A stretch of 64,000 bases of DNA from positions 66,588,001 to 66,652,000 of the forward strand of contig OX597831.1 in assembly GCA_951406725.2 (NCBI GenBank), given 5' to 3'. Origin of the DNA: Octopus vulgaris (lineage: Eukaryota). Below, piece after piece: positions 39,952 to 52,900 of this stretch (the first letter of the stretch is position 1; each line of letters opens with the position of its first letter). The notes below the pieces were generated by a model. It was not told the origin of the DNA, did not search any database, and saw only the letters and a list, made by a program, of their open reading frames with translations. A program made the translations under genes and the position numbers.

Positions 39952-40145
39952 GTATTTGAGATATTTTTCATCACTACTTAAAATTATTGATAGTAACTTG
40001 TATAATGTGTGTAGATATAGTTGTTTTTGTTGATGTGTTACTGTGGTTATCCCTGCTTGAATAGGGCTCTGCTCTGTAAATCATTTAATTCTTAAAGCTC
40101 TGTAGTACATGTATATATGTATATATATATATATATATATATGTA

Positions 40146-40700
40146 TCATCATCATCATCGTTTAACGTCCATTCTCAATGCTAGCATGGGTTGGACGGTT
40201 CGACCGGGGATCTGGGAAGCCAGAAGGCTGCACCAGGCTCCGGTCTTATCTGGCAATGTTTCTACAGCTGGATGGCCTTCCTAACGCCAACCACTCCGTG
40301 AGTGTAGTGGGTGCTTTTTACGTGCCACCTGCACTGGTGCCAGGCGAGGCTGGCATCGGCCACGGTCGGATTGGTGCTTTTTACGTGCCACCGACACGGA
40401 AGCCAGTCGAGGCGGCGCTGGCCTCGGCCACGATTCAGATAGTGCTTTTTACGTATCTCCAGTCCAGGGGTCCTGGCATCTGCCAGGTGCCAGTCATAGG
40501 ATTGGTCCAATTTCGATTCCGATTTCACTTGCCCCAACAGGTCTTCGCAAGCAAAGGGTGGTAGGCATAGGTGCCTGTCGTCGGATGAGGTTCGATATTG
40601 ACTTCGCTTGCCTCAACAGGTCTTTGTGTGTCCAAGGGAGGAAAGGCATGCATAAGTGGGCTGGACTCACTTGTCCTGCCTGGTCTTTTCATGCACAGCA
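40146..40700 (-). mobile_element. SINE family A, long subfamily
   Basis: Reverse complement of 13380-13973. Confidence 0.8.
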
Positions 40701-40721
40701 TATATATATATATATATATAT

Positions 40722-41355
40722 ATAAAAGTAAATAAATGGTACAACGAAGCACCGATATTTACTGGAAAATAGCGAACATAATAAATATGACGCTAATGTA
40801 TAGCTTCACTGCGTATGTACTAGTAAAGATGCGTGTGTGCAACAAACATGAAAAAAATTGTCTTACCTCTAGGAAGAACATCTGAAAAATGAAAAACTTA
40901 GATAACGGATAATGCAGTACCAGTTTCGGATTTTTCAAAATACAAATGCCAAACATATATTTGATTTATCTTCATCAGCTGCATAAACCTCGACAATATT
41001 TCAAATGTTGCCACATCTATGCCAGTACACTCGTCTGAACGCCAAAACGTTAACAGAACGAGAACAGTGAAGAAGTTTCAATGAAAATAGTAATGCAATA
41101 CGAGAGTATTGCTTTCCAGTAAAGGATAGCCCGTGAGGGTAAAACTATACATAAAAGTAAATAAATGGTACAACGAAGCACCGATATTTACTGGAAAATA
41201 GCAAACGTAATAAATACGACGCTAATGTATAGCTTCACTGTGTATGTACTAGTAAAGATGCGTGTGTGCAACAAACATGAAAAAAATTGTCTTACCTCTA
41301 GGAAGAACATCTGAAAAATGAAAAACCTAGATAACGGATAATGCAGTACCGGTTT
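40722..41355 (-). repeat. ~430-bp unit in ~1.5 tandem copies with a hammerhead (retrozyme or pLTR-like)
   Basis: 40722-40925 repeats at 41151-41355; hammerhead at 40912-40984. Confidence 0.7.
40912..40984 (-). ncRNA. Type I minimal hammerhead ribozyme
   Basis: Minus strand reads ATGCAG-CTGATGA-aGAT..TCAAA..TTTGA..ATCc-GAAAC-tg-GTA-CTGCAT. Confidence 0.65.
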
Positions 41356-41699
41356 GTTAGTGGTAAGACCATAGCGGATCTTCTTCTAGTAAAATGGATG
41401 TCCACTTACAGTTCATCCCTCTTATATAATAGTTTCAGTATTAAAGTGAATGCATAAAAGTGCAAGTATCTGACATTACAATTGAGAGATGTTTTTGTTT
41501 TACTTTTGACACGTAATACTGAAATAGTAGAGAAGATATGATATTGCTGTGGGCTTGCACTAGGCAAGAAGTTAAACATTTTCTTTGCCCACGACACTAC
41601 ATGGACCCTAAGTAAGGCATGTGTAAAATTTGAATGAAATTAGTTGTGTAGTTCTCAAGTTTTAGGGATTCATACAGACAGACAGACACATATTCTCAT

Positions 41700-41749
<50 letters not shown>

Positions 41750-42129
41750 ATTTTTTTGTTTTACTTGCTTCAGTCATTTGACTGCAGCTATGCTTGTGTA
41801 CCACCTTTAGTTGAACAAATTGACCCCAGGACTTATTCCGTGTAAGCCTAGTACTTATCCTGTCTTCCTCTTTTGCTGAGCCGCTAAGTTACAGGGATGT
41901 AAACACACATGTGTATGTATGTATATATATATATATAGAATATATATACAAAATACAGTGTACATTTAGACACATAAGGAATCCACTTGTGGGATTCAAC
42001 ATGCTAGAAAGAACAGCTAGGTTCTATAATCACAAAATTAGGGATAAAATTCAACAGGAATGAAATGAAAAAATAAAAACATTTTACCATCTAGTTTCCT
42101 GGACCAATTGGATTTTGATTTTTGTTTAG

Positions 42130-42332
42130 ATGCTCATTTGACATTGTTTCACCACACACCACACATGATGAGCTTGGTTTGTCAACATCACCAGACCAAT
42201 AAAATCCAAATTTCAAATAATTTTCACAGTACTGTCGATTAATGTTTCTCTTTTTGACAATAGAGGTTGATGGTTGGTCACCTCTGGACTTAAACTCATC
42301 ACTAATACCTTTCTTTTCAAATATTTATCCAT
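42130..42332 (-). mobile_element. hAT (Buster/Charlie-type) transposase N-terminal BED-finger relic
   Basis: MDKYLKRK (frameshift) ..RQYCENYLKFGFYWSGDVDKPSSSCVVCGE. Confidence 0.65.
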
Positions 42333-43786
42333 TGTAAAGAGTCATGAAATATCAATATGACAGTTTTGGGTAGGATTGTCTAAATTGAGGTGATAGTGTT
42401 TTTCGGTCCCACAAAACCTTCTCGTTCATGTACAAACACAACAAAACAATAAAAATATGTCTTCCTACCTAAAATTGATGTTTTATGAGACCATGTTGAG
42501 CTGGAAATCATCAATTTTCAATGTATTATGCACAAAAATAGTCAATGTTTGAGCATTGACAACACATCATAAAGCCACCATTTTTACTATGTCCCACACA
42601 CCAGTAGACAACTACAGACCTCTACTATACTGTCATTAGCATAGGATGATGAAACATTGGAACCCTCCGGTGTAAAAAGCCAGAAAATTTATCTATATTG
42701 AACAAGCAAATGCACATCGAGCTTCCTTTTTGGCTACACTCAACGAATGGCACCTGCTGATTGGTCCAGCACATCACATGACAATGCCTTCTCCCATCAC
42801 ATGACTATGCCCTCACCCATCATAATGTAAACATAGCAGCCAACTCACTCTTCCAATGGGATAATCCCCCAGAAAATTAGGAAATTAAGGTATATAGAGA
42901 TGAAGTAAAACAAAATATATGTAAAGGGAAGCTAACATGGACTCTTTAAGTTTCTAATCTCTGCAGGCAATTTTCTCAAAATTTCAAAGTTCTTTCCAGA
43001 AAATCTACCCGATAGATTTGCTTGAAATTTTGAGGAGACCGTAGCTTCATTGTGACAGAAGCCTTTTTCGAAAAATTCTGCTTCGAAAAAATGTTATAGT
43101 CACTTTTAGCAAAAAAAAAATGTGATATTTTTCAGTTTTTTTACTGTCCAGCATACTAATGACAATAACATTTTTGTTTTTCAAAATATCAAAAAATGGC
43201 TTTTGTTACCATACAATGACTAGATTTCTGATTTGAAAAAAATGTAAAAATCATCTTCATAGCTTATTTGGTTTTTCTCAAAAGAACTCTGAAAGTTATG
43301 CTATTTTTCAACCATTTTTGGTCATATCTCAGCAAAAATTTGGACTTGATGAAAAAGAAATATATCATTTGTCTCAGTTTTAGAGGTAGATTCTACCATA
43401 AAAGTGAAAAAAAAGATGCATAATATAATAATTTTTTTTTTCTTTCGGGGTGTCCCACCTTAAAACAAGTCATCATCATCATCGTTTAGTGTCCGCCCTC
43501 CATGCTAGCATGGGTTGGACTAAGTATGACCAATATTCATTTTATATGATCAATACTAATGACAAGCAAAATGATAAATGATATAAAATTTTTAGCATTG
43601 CGACACATTTGGAAACATTTCACTCATCCCTAAACGAACAAAGCTATGTGGTGCAACATTTTACACCACAGACTAAATACTCAAATGGGATCGTGGGTTT
43701 TTTTCACATTTTCTTAGTCTGTCGTTCAAAATTTCCTAGCACACTTAGGAAAGTCGTGGCACACTGGTTGAGAATCCCTGACATAG

Positions 43787-44197
43787 ACTCTTTTACTCTT
43801 TTACTTGTTTCAGTCATTTTGACTGCGGCCATGCTGGAGCACCGCCTTTAGTTGAGCAAATCGACCCCGGGACTTATTCTTTGTAAGCCCAGTACTTATT
43901 CTATCGGTCTCTTTTGCCGAACTGCTAAGTGACGGGGACGTAAACATGCCAGCATCGGTTGTCAAGCAATGCTAGGGGGACAAACACAGACACACAAACA
44001 CACACACACATATACATATATATATACATATATACGACAGGCTTCTTTCAGTTTCTGTCTACCAAATCCACTCACAAGGCTTTAGTTGGCCCGAGGTTAT
44101 AGTAGAAGACACTTGCTCAAGATGCCATGCAGTGGGACTGAACCCGGAACCATGTGGTTGGTTAGCAAGCTACTTACCACACAGCCACTCCTGCGCC
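43787..44197 (-). mobile_element. tRNA-derived SINE family B, full length
   Basis: Reverse-complement head and tail. Confidence 0.8.
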
Positions 44198-44428
44198 TGA
44201 TCAACTTTGTCTGAAAACTCAGTTTTTCATTGTTACCATTTAGACATTTAGTATCATAGCTATGTCTACCAATATGAATTTATATCATTCTGAGCACAGA
44301 AGTTGTAGGTTGCAAAGCAGTTCTCTTGAAATAATCTTTCGCATAGGTTTTGAAAGAGATGTTCACATTTCTATGAATGAATCAGTAAAAGCTTTTTGTA
44401 ACAGATTTAAATGCTCTTGTAATTTCAG

Positions 44429-44529
44429 CTCCAACAGCAGTGACCCCTCCGAGGAGTGATGATTTGAAGCACAATAAACTTGTTGATAATAAATCATTGC
44501 CATTGAATTCTGTAAAGACATCATCACAG
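44429..44529 (+). CDS. TTK: C-terminal tail exon 1
   Basis: aatttcag|CT..CAG|gtaggt; APTAVTPPRSDDLKHNKLVDNKSLPLNSVKTSSQ; phase 1 to 0 bridges its neighbours exactly. Confidence 0.72.
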
Positions 44530-44654
44530 GTAGGTTTCTTCTATTTTTTTTTCTGAATATCTATCTCTAGAGCTTTTAGCATCTTCTCTATCATCTCCTC
44601 ACAAATTTAGCTTTTATCATTAGTGCTGGCTTTTCATGCAAGATTTTTGCTATA

Positions 44655-45048
44655 TCTTTATATATAAAAGAGAGGTTGTGTGCTATCTGTCTCCTACGAT
44701 TTAGATTCCTAACTACTCCCACATTTTGCAGTGCAGTTTAACCAAAACCGGGTATCTTATAGTCGTGATTCATATCAAGCCCTTCTGGGTATTAGCGCGC
44801 GTCTACGATGAGTCTACGATTTAAAAAAATATTTACCATCAATTTTTCCCATTTTTAATGCATTTTTGGCATATATAAGGGAAGTAACTCTCTAAAAATT
44901 TATTATTAAATCTCAGAACGTAAAAAGCTACAGTAACCCCCCCTTTGTGGTTAGCCATATTGAGATGGCTATTATACTTTACATCTCTAAAAATGCTTAT
45001 ATAGTTATTTCCCTTACAAACCCGAGCAACGCCGGGTGATACTGCTAG
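44655..45048 (+). mobile_element. Non-autonomous Helitron
   Basis: A|TC start, CCCGAGCAACGCCGGG hairpin, CTAG|T end. Confidence 0.8.
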
Positions 45049-45410
45049 TAACGCATAAAATTAAAACCTTTGTCAACTATCATCATCATCATCATTTAAC
45101 ATCCGTTTTCCATGCTAGCATGGGTTGGACGGTTCGACCAGGGTCTGGTAAGCCATGGAGGCTGCACCAGGCTCCAGTCTGATTTGGTAGTGTTTCTACA
45201 GCTGGATGCCCTTCCTAACGCCAACCACTCCGTGAGTGTAGTACACTGATTAAAAATTTATATGTGTATGTGTGCATGCTGTAGTTTGCTTGAAATATTG
45301 CAGAGCGACCCATTGTTCTATGCCTGAATAAAGGTATAAATATTCAACAAAGAATTAAGTAAAAGAAAGAAAACAATATTGAAATATAAGAATCATTTAA
45401 TAATCAAAAT

Positions 45411-45925
45411 ACATCATCATCGTTTAATGTCCGCTTTCCATGCTAGCATGGGTTGGACGATTTTGACTGAGGGCTGGCGAGCCAGATGGCTGCACCAGGC
45501 TCCAATCTTGATCTGGCAGAGTTTCTACAACTGGATGCCCTTCCTAACGCCAACCACTCCGAGAGTGTAGTGGGTGCTTTTTACGTGCCACCGGCATGGG
45601 GGCCAGTCAGGCGGTACTGGCAATGACCTCGCCCGAATCTTTTTACACATGCCACCGGCACAGATGTCAGTAAAGCGACGTTGGTAATGATCACGCTTGA
45701 ATGGTGCCCTTTTATGTGCCACGGGTACGGAAGCCAGTTGGCTGCTCTGGCAACGATCATGCTCAGATGGTGTTCTTGGCACCCTACTAGCACAGGTATA
45801 AGTGCCAGTAAGGTGACGCTTGTAACGAACATACTCGAATAGCCGCTCTGTCAATGATCACACTCGTATGGTGCTCTTCGCACCCCGCTAGCATGGATGC
45901 CAGTCATTGAAATGATTTTGACATA
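45411..45925 (-). mobile_element. SINE family A copies (others at 45079-45242, 46675-47010, 48617-48757, 52148-52427, 52915-53490)
   Basis: Shared tail and ggatgcccttcctaacgccaacc core. Confidence 0.75.
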
Positions 45926-47201
45926 TTTATTTTTAATTGTTTTTATTTCTACATACAACATTGAATACATCAAACTGCAGACTGAGTGTACTGGGTGCTT
46001 TTGATATGACACCAGCACCAACAAGGTCACCAGGTACCTTGCAACAGGAGGAGACAAAAAGTTACACCAGTAGGGAAAAGAGATCATAGGTGAAGAGAGA
46101 GAGAGAGAGAAAGATGTGTCATGCTGCACCCTCGAGTTACAGGGAAGTATATATTAGTGAAGTAGTACAGTGGTTTTGTTAAAGTGAGTGGACAACTAAT
46201 TTCAAAAGAATGCAAAAAGAGAGAGAGAGAGAGACCGAGGTAGATGGTGAAAAGAAAATGCAATGTTGGGGAGAGATTTGTCAGGTATAGATTATGTGCA
46301 GTGGTATAGAAATACATAACATACCTTTAGGACTCCTTTTCCATTAGATTGATGGGTCTTCTAAAGCGCAGCAAACTATCACTCATCTCAGTCGTTTGTC
46401 ATCTATGTGAGACTTAACATCTAAAAGTCATTTTTCACCACTTTGTCTCACACCTTCCTAGGTCTTCCCCTTCCACAGGTTCCATTCACATTTAGCGATC
46501 AGTACTTCGTTATGTCACTGTCCTCATCCATATGCATCACGTGACCATACCAACACAGTCTCTTCTCCTCTACGCTATATCTGATGCCTCCTATGCTTAA
46601 TTTCTCTCTCAACACTTATACTTTGTTGTACTGACACTCCGCCGCCAGCAGGGCATGTTGCCTTCACATGCTCTCATCATCATCGTTTATCATCTACTTT
46701 CCATGCTAGCATGGGTTGGATGGTTCGACTGGGGTCTGGGAAGCCAGAAGGCTGCACCATGCCCAGTCTGATCTGGCAGTGTTTCTACAGCTGGATGCCC
46801 TTCCTAACGCCAACCACTCCGAGAGTGTAGTGGGTGCATTTTACATGCCACCAGCACGGTGCCAGGCGAGGCTGGCAATGACCACGATCGGTTGGTACTT
46901 TTTATGTGCCATGCCCGTCGGGGCGGCGCTGGCAATGGTCACGTTCAGATGGTTCTTTTACGTGCCACCGGCACTGGCATCACAACTACAATTTCCATTG
47001 ATTTTTGAGCGATAGTCCATGCTTCACTACCATATAGCATACATGTCATGCACAAGTTTCATACAATCTGCCTTTTATTCTGAAAGAGAGGGGCATTTAG
47101 TTACCGCCAAAGTTAAAAGCTCTTTGAACTTTTCCCATCCAGTTCTTAATACCTCTGTAATTACTTCTCTATGGAGCATCTCCCTTACTATTGCTTGTTA
47201 A

Positions 47202-47421
47202 CCCTTTCGTTACTGTATTTATTTTGAGATGCTCTCTGTTTTTTTCAATTGCTTTAAATATAACAAAGAATTTAGTAAAATAACTTAGTTATAATTAAGC
47301 TAGTGTTAAGCACATAAATAGTTACTAAAGTTTCGTAGAAGATATTAATACAAAACTTATGGAAACGAGACATTTGTACTCTGAGCCAGAGCCAGTTTCA
47401 GCCGGGTTGGTAACGAAAGGG
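47202..47421. mobile_element. piggyBac-type MITE
   Basis: TTAA|CCCTTTCGTTAC...GTAACGAAAGGG|ATAA; TIR identical to the 1089-bp element. Confidence 0.8.
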
Positions 47422-47665
47422 ATAATTCTCCTACACCAGTCATTGGATAGATCTTCCTAGACAATCTTATCAACAATACTGGGGCGTATCACACTCCACT
47501 AGATATTTTAAGCATCTCAGCAATAATTCCTGATGGACCTAGAACTTTCCTTGTCTTCATATCCTAAATGCATTTTCTATCATATTGCTGTCATCTCAAT
47601 AACTGGTATAAAGAATTTCTCCTCAGACATACTTATTTTCACACACACATCGCACATATATATAA

Positions 47666-48045
47666 CTAGCAGTATCGCTCGGGTTTGTAAGGGAAATAAC
47701 TATATAAGCATTTTAAGAGAGTTATAGCCAAAAAATAGCAAAAAAATGCATTCAAAATGGAAAAAAAATGATGTTAAATTTTTTTTTAAATCGTTGACTC
47801 ATCGTAGACATTTTTAGAGAGTTACTTCCCTTATATAATAGCGAAAAATGCATTAAAATGGAAAAATTGATGGTAAATTTTTTTTAAATCGTAGACTCAT
47901 CATAGACGCGCGCTAATACCCAGAAGGGCTCGATATGAATCACAACTATAAGATACTTTGGTTAAACTGCACCGCAAAATGTGGGAGTAGTTAGGAATCT
48001 AAATCGTAGGAGACAGACACACAACTTGACTTTTATATATAAAGA
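47666..48045 (-). mobile_element. Non-autonomous Helitron
   Basis: Reverse-complement relative of 44655-45048 with TC/CTAG ends; short relative at 55567-55729. Confidence 0.75.
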
Positions 48046-49049
48046 TGTTCCATACATAGATGTATCTATAGATAAATATACACAGATGTGTGTGCTCTCT
48101 CTCTTTCTCTCTCTCTATCTCTCTTTCTCTCACACACATACACCCACACATTTTTAAGAAGCCACAGTCTTTCCAAGAAAATGAAACCCTTAAATTACTT
48201 TTTTTACTCTTTCCGTTGAAGTGATTGTTGTGGAAATGAATTGTTACACAGAACATAAACAAAGAGGAAAAAAATGATAGCTTGAGGTTTCCCACATGCT
48301 TGGAAGCAAAATTAGAAATCCTAGCATTTTTAGGAATATCGTGTGTGTGTGCATGCGTGCACATACACACACGTACATACACACACATATGTATAAAGTC
48401 AATTCAAATAAACAAACAATTCAAAATTTTAAAAATTCAAATAAAAAGACCAAAAAAAAAAGCCAAACATGAGGATGTGCACAAGAAATATATTAGCTTG
48501 ACACTCAGCGAAAGGATAGAGTTTGACATTTTGAGCATAGCTCTTCATTGGAAAGGAGAAAAGGAAAGGTCCAAGGGTGAAGAAGAAATCGCCAACACAT
48601 GTGGTTACATTTGATTTCATCATCGTTTAACGTCCGTTCTCCATGCTAGCATGGGTTGGACGGTTCGACCGGGGATCTGGGAAGCCAGAAGGCTGCTCCA
48701 GTCTGATCTGGCAGTGTTTCTACAGCTGGATGCCCTTCCTAACGCCAACCACTCTGTGATAAATAATTTTTTAAAATTTGCTTCATCTTTATTGCCTGTA
48801 AGATGTGTGACAAATTTTGATTAATTTGGATTGTGAACCATTATTATATGTGTTTCTGTGTGTTTATATATGCATATTTCATCTGGTTGATGGCTTATAT
48901 TTCATCTCTTAGTCTTGCGATAGCATGATAGATAGATGAGTCAAAGATAATAAGATGTGGAATACTGCCACAACATAATAGTGGCAACAAGAATATTACA
49001 GTGCCGACATTAACATACAAGTGGATGAGGATCCACATTATAACAATAT

Positions 49050-49423
49050 TGATTCCGTGGCTGCCCTACTCACCAAATTTAGCACTTGCGGACTTTCATC
49101 TCTTCCCCAAGATGAAAATGCATCTCAAAGGTCACTGTTTTAACACCACTGTTGAGATCCAGAGTGAATCACAGAAGGTCCTCAACTCGCTTACAGAACA
49201 CGACTTCCATGTCAGAATCCAAAAGTAGCAGGATTGGTGGGATTGGTGTATTGTTGCACAAGGCGACTATTTTGAAAGAGATGGTGTTAGAACTTACATC
49301 CTTAAAATCCTTAAAAATCCTTTAAAATGTTTTAGCCCGAAGGCCACGGCCATGCTGGGGCACCAAAGTTATTTTTTTTTATTAAACATAACTAGTATGG
49401 GAACCTTTTGATACCACCTTGTA
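49050..49423 (+). mobile_element. Mariner transposase C-terminal relic and probable 3' TIR
   Basis: LPYSPNLALADFHLFPKMKMHLKG..WDWCIVAQGDYFE. Confidence 0.8.
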
Positions 49424-50643
49424 TCTTATGTGCATTTAGTTAAGCTGATAGATTATCCAGTAATTTGCACAATTCTACTATGTTAAAATTTTGCTGTATA
49501 CTCCTTGAATATAATAACTCACTTTCTATACTGATATTTAAACAAAATTTAAATAATTTTATAACTATGTTGAATTTACCTGTAATTAAATTTATTTTGA
49601 GACAAAAATTATGAAACACATTTGGTTAAGGACCTTTTGTTAAATTGTGTTCCAAAATTCACATTAATATATTGATTAATAAAAAAAAGAGTTGTTTTAT
49701 GAAGCTAGCTTAAATTCATGATTACTTTAGAATTTATTGAAACTCATAAGGGGTGTATTTTGGTTAGCTATATAGTAACAAAAGCTTAAGGCGGTGAGCT
49801 GGCAGAAACGTTAGCATGTCGGGCGAGATGCTTAGCGGTATTTCGTCTACCGTTACGTTCTGAGTTCAAATTCCGCCGAGGTCGACTTTGCCTTTCATCC
49901 TTCCAGGGTCGATAAATTAAGTACCAGTTACGCACTGGAGTCGATGTAATCGACTTAATCCCTTTGTCCTTGTTTGTCCCTTTTATGTTTAGCCCCTTGT
50001 GGGCAGTAGAGAAATATATATAGTAACAAAAGGGTTAAGTAGATGCTGAGGTTAAGGGGTTCAGAAATTAGAAATGAGTGACAGTGACTCCTCCCTTCCC
50101 TCCCTCCCTCTTTCTTACTGCTCTTCTCCTCTGCACCATAAGATGCTCTATATTGTATTCCAAAGGCGGCGAGCTGGCAGAAACGTTAGCACGCTGGGCG
50201 AAATGCGTAGCCGTATTTCGTCTGCCGTTATGTTCTGTGTTCAAATTCCGCCGAGGTCGACTTTGCCTTTCATCCTTTCGGGGTCGATAAATTAAGTACC
50301 AGTTTTGCGCTGGGTCGATGTAATTGACTTAATCCGTTTGTCTGTCCTTGTTTGTTCCCTCTGTGTTTAGCCCCTTGTGGGTAGTAAAGAAATAGGTATT
50401 TCGTCTGCCGCTACGTTGTGAGTTCAAATTCCGCCGAGGTCGACTTTGCCTTTCATCCTTTCGGGGTCGATAAATTAAGTACCAGTTAAGCACAGGGGGT
50501 CGATGTAATCGACTTAATCCGTTTGTCTGTCCTTGTTTGTTCCCTCTGTGTTTAGCCCCTTGTGGGCAGTAAAGAAATATATATTGTGTTCCAAAATATT
50601 ATTCACTCGCTTATTTTATTTGTTTGAGCTTCTTTTTTTCCAG

Positions 50644-50781
50644 ATTGTAGAGGACAAAGAAAACATCGTGGTGGATAGGATGAATTACAAGACCAAATCC
50701 AAGCCAGCTGTTTATTGTGGTACTTCAAAAGAAATTCGAACTCCATTACAGTCTTTGACTGTTGCAGATGACCAGAAATAG
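50644..50781 (+). CDS. TTK: Terminal coding exon
   Basis: Strong polypyrimidine tract plus cag acceptor; IVEDKENIVVDRMNYKTKSKPAVYCGTSKEIRTPLQSLTVADDQK*. Confidence 0.75.
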   Translation: MVEDKENIVVDRMNYKTKSKPAVYCGTSKEIRTPLQSLTVADDQK

Positions 50782-51275
50782 CATCACTCAAAAGTTTGCC
50801 ATAGATCTAATAATGATTATGATGGTGATGATGGTATGATGGTGGCGGCGGTGGTGGTAGCACCGCCACCACCAGTGATGATGATAACAGCAGTGATGAT
50901 AACAGTAATGACATTTAATATCATCATCGTTATCGCTCTATTTGTATCGTGTTTGATAAAGCAAGAGACGATTATAGCAAATGTTCCTTTCTCTGATTCA
51001 ACTTTGCACTTGAATCTGTTTCTATATAAATTAATACACATAAACAAACATGCTTGCAAACATATTTACTAAACTTCTATGAACACGCTAGCAAATGAGA
51101 AGTTTTGTAAAGTGCTTTTGTCAGTCAGATTATTTTTATATTACTTCATTAATGTAATACAAAAACGGCTGTGCATCAGCATGGCCGCAGCTCTGAGCTG
51201 AAACTAGAAAAAAAAAAAAAAAAAGTAATAATATTACTTTTGATTCTGCATGTATGTGCATTTAAATATGCATTC

Positions 51276-51315
<40 letters not shown>

Positions 51316-51989
51316 CATACTTAGTTTCAAAAGAGAAAAAAATTGTCAGTATAAATATTAATTAAATAAATATTAAATATTAAAGTAGTATTAAATTAAT
51401 TAAATAAATATTAATTAAATAAAGCTGAAGTTTCTCTGAACAAATGCTCCATTTATCAGGAGAGTAAATAATAGACATCATGCAAAAAAAATTATGTGCA
51501 TGGTGCATGTACATATGTGTGTGTAAGTATGTGGTTTGAGTATATATGTATGTATGTTTGTATGCATGCATGCGTGCATAAATGTATACATGTGTGTATA
51601 TTAATTAAAATAATGATGTATACATTTATAATGTATATAATAGAATGTCACAAACCATGTCTCAAAGAGATGTACAGTTCTCTGAAATAAAATATTGGTT
51701 AGGACCATTCTATATTTGTACATACACATCACTTTATATATATATATAATGTCTATGTATACATGTGCATTTTTGTTAGTATGTAACTATGTGAGTGTAT
51801 ATGGCATACACACACACACATACGCACATGACTAAGTCTATATGCACATATATGGATAAGTTACCAATAATATGGTGACTAAAGTTGGAAATGTACTTTT
51901 GGGACTGGGTTCACAGGTATAGTTGGTTCAGTAATTAAAATTGTGCTTTTTCCTAATTTTTAAAATAAAAATATTTGTTGAATAAAATT

Positions 51990-52900
51990 AATAAACTCCC
52001 AGTTTTATGACAAAATCGCACCCTTAATACATAAGACCTTTCCTCTCTCTAATGTTGTCAAAGAGTCATTCTGAAACCTCAAGTCAGAGCTCGAAGGTGC
52101 TGCTTTGGTCACCACTGACCATCAAGTGCCTTTGGTCGTTGAGAGAGATCATCATCATCATCGTTTAACGTCCTTTCTCCATGCTAGCATGGGTTGGACG
52201 ATTTGACCAGGGATCTGGGAAGCCAGAAGGCTGCACCAGGCTCCAGTCTTATCTGGCAATGTTTCTACAGCTGGATGCCCTTCCTAATGCCAACCACTCC
52301 GTGAGTGTAGTGGGTGCTTTTTACGTGCCACCGGCACAGGTGCCAGGCGAGGCTGGCATCGGCCACGGTCGGATTGGTGCATTTTATGTGCCACCAGCAC
52401 GGAAGCCAGTCGAGGCGGCACTGGCTTCTGATATTGCTATTGCCACAATCTTGAACCAGAATACACTTGTGGCTTTCTTCTCCAGAACACTTCACAGTGA
52501 ACAGAACCATTCCTGTTATTCATTGACTCTGCTATTTTTTACTTTTGGACTCCCTTCTTTCATCCATTCTGATCATGGCACTGCTTTCAGGTCAGCTGAA
52601 CTAAGACAATTTGTCCATAATGACCGGCAGGATGACCCCATACGATCCAGCAAGAAATGGCTAGGTTGAAAGGCCCAATTAAACCTAATGGAAAGCCATT
52701 ACTTTCGCACTAAAATCTAAGCGATTGAGTCTGAGTCATTGGCAGTGAGTACTACTTGATGTTCTACACTTCCTCCTCTGTATGGCCACTAACACCATGC
52801 GTCATGAGAGGCTGTTCAGTTTTCCCTGCTGCTCAACTTCCGGGACCTCACTACTAGAATGACTAGATGGAGCTGTGCTCCTGAGGAAACAACAGCAGTT
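51990..52900 (+). mobile_element. Degenerate Gypsy pol relic (RNase H and integrase) interrupted by a SINE
   Basis: SDIAIATILNQ..VAFFSRTL, then FGLPSFIHSDHGTAFRSAELRQF..TPYDPARNG*VER. Confidence 0.7.

Noticed and set aside
1146-40108. Kinase duplication as a haplotype or assembly artefact
   Set aside because: Many cassette-specific insertions with clean empty sites, and unique frame-preserving linker and tail exons, argue for a real duplication. Long reads would settle it.
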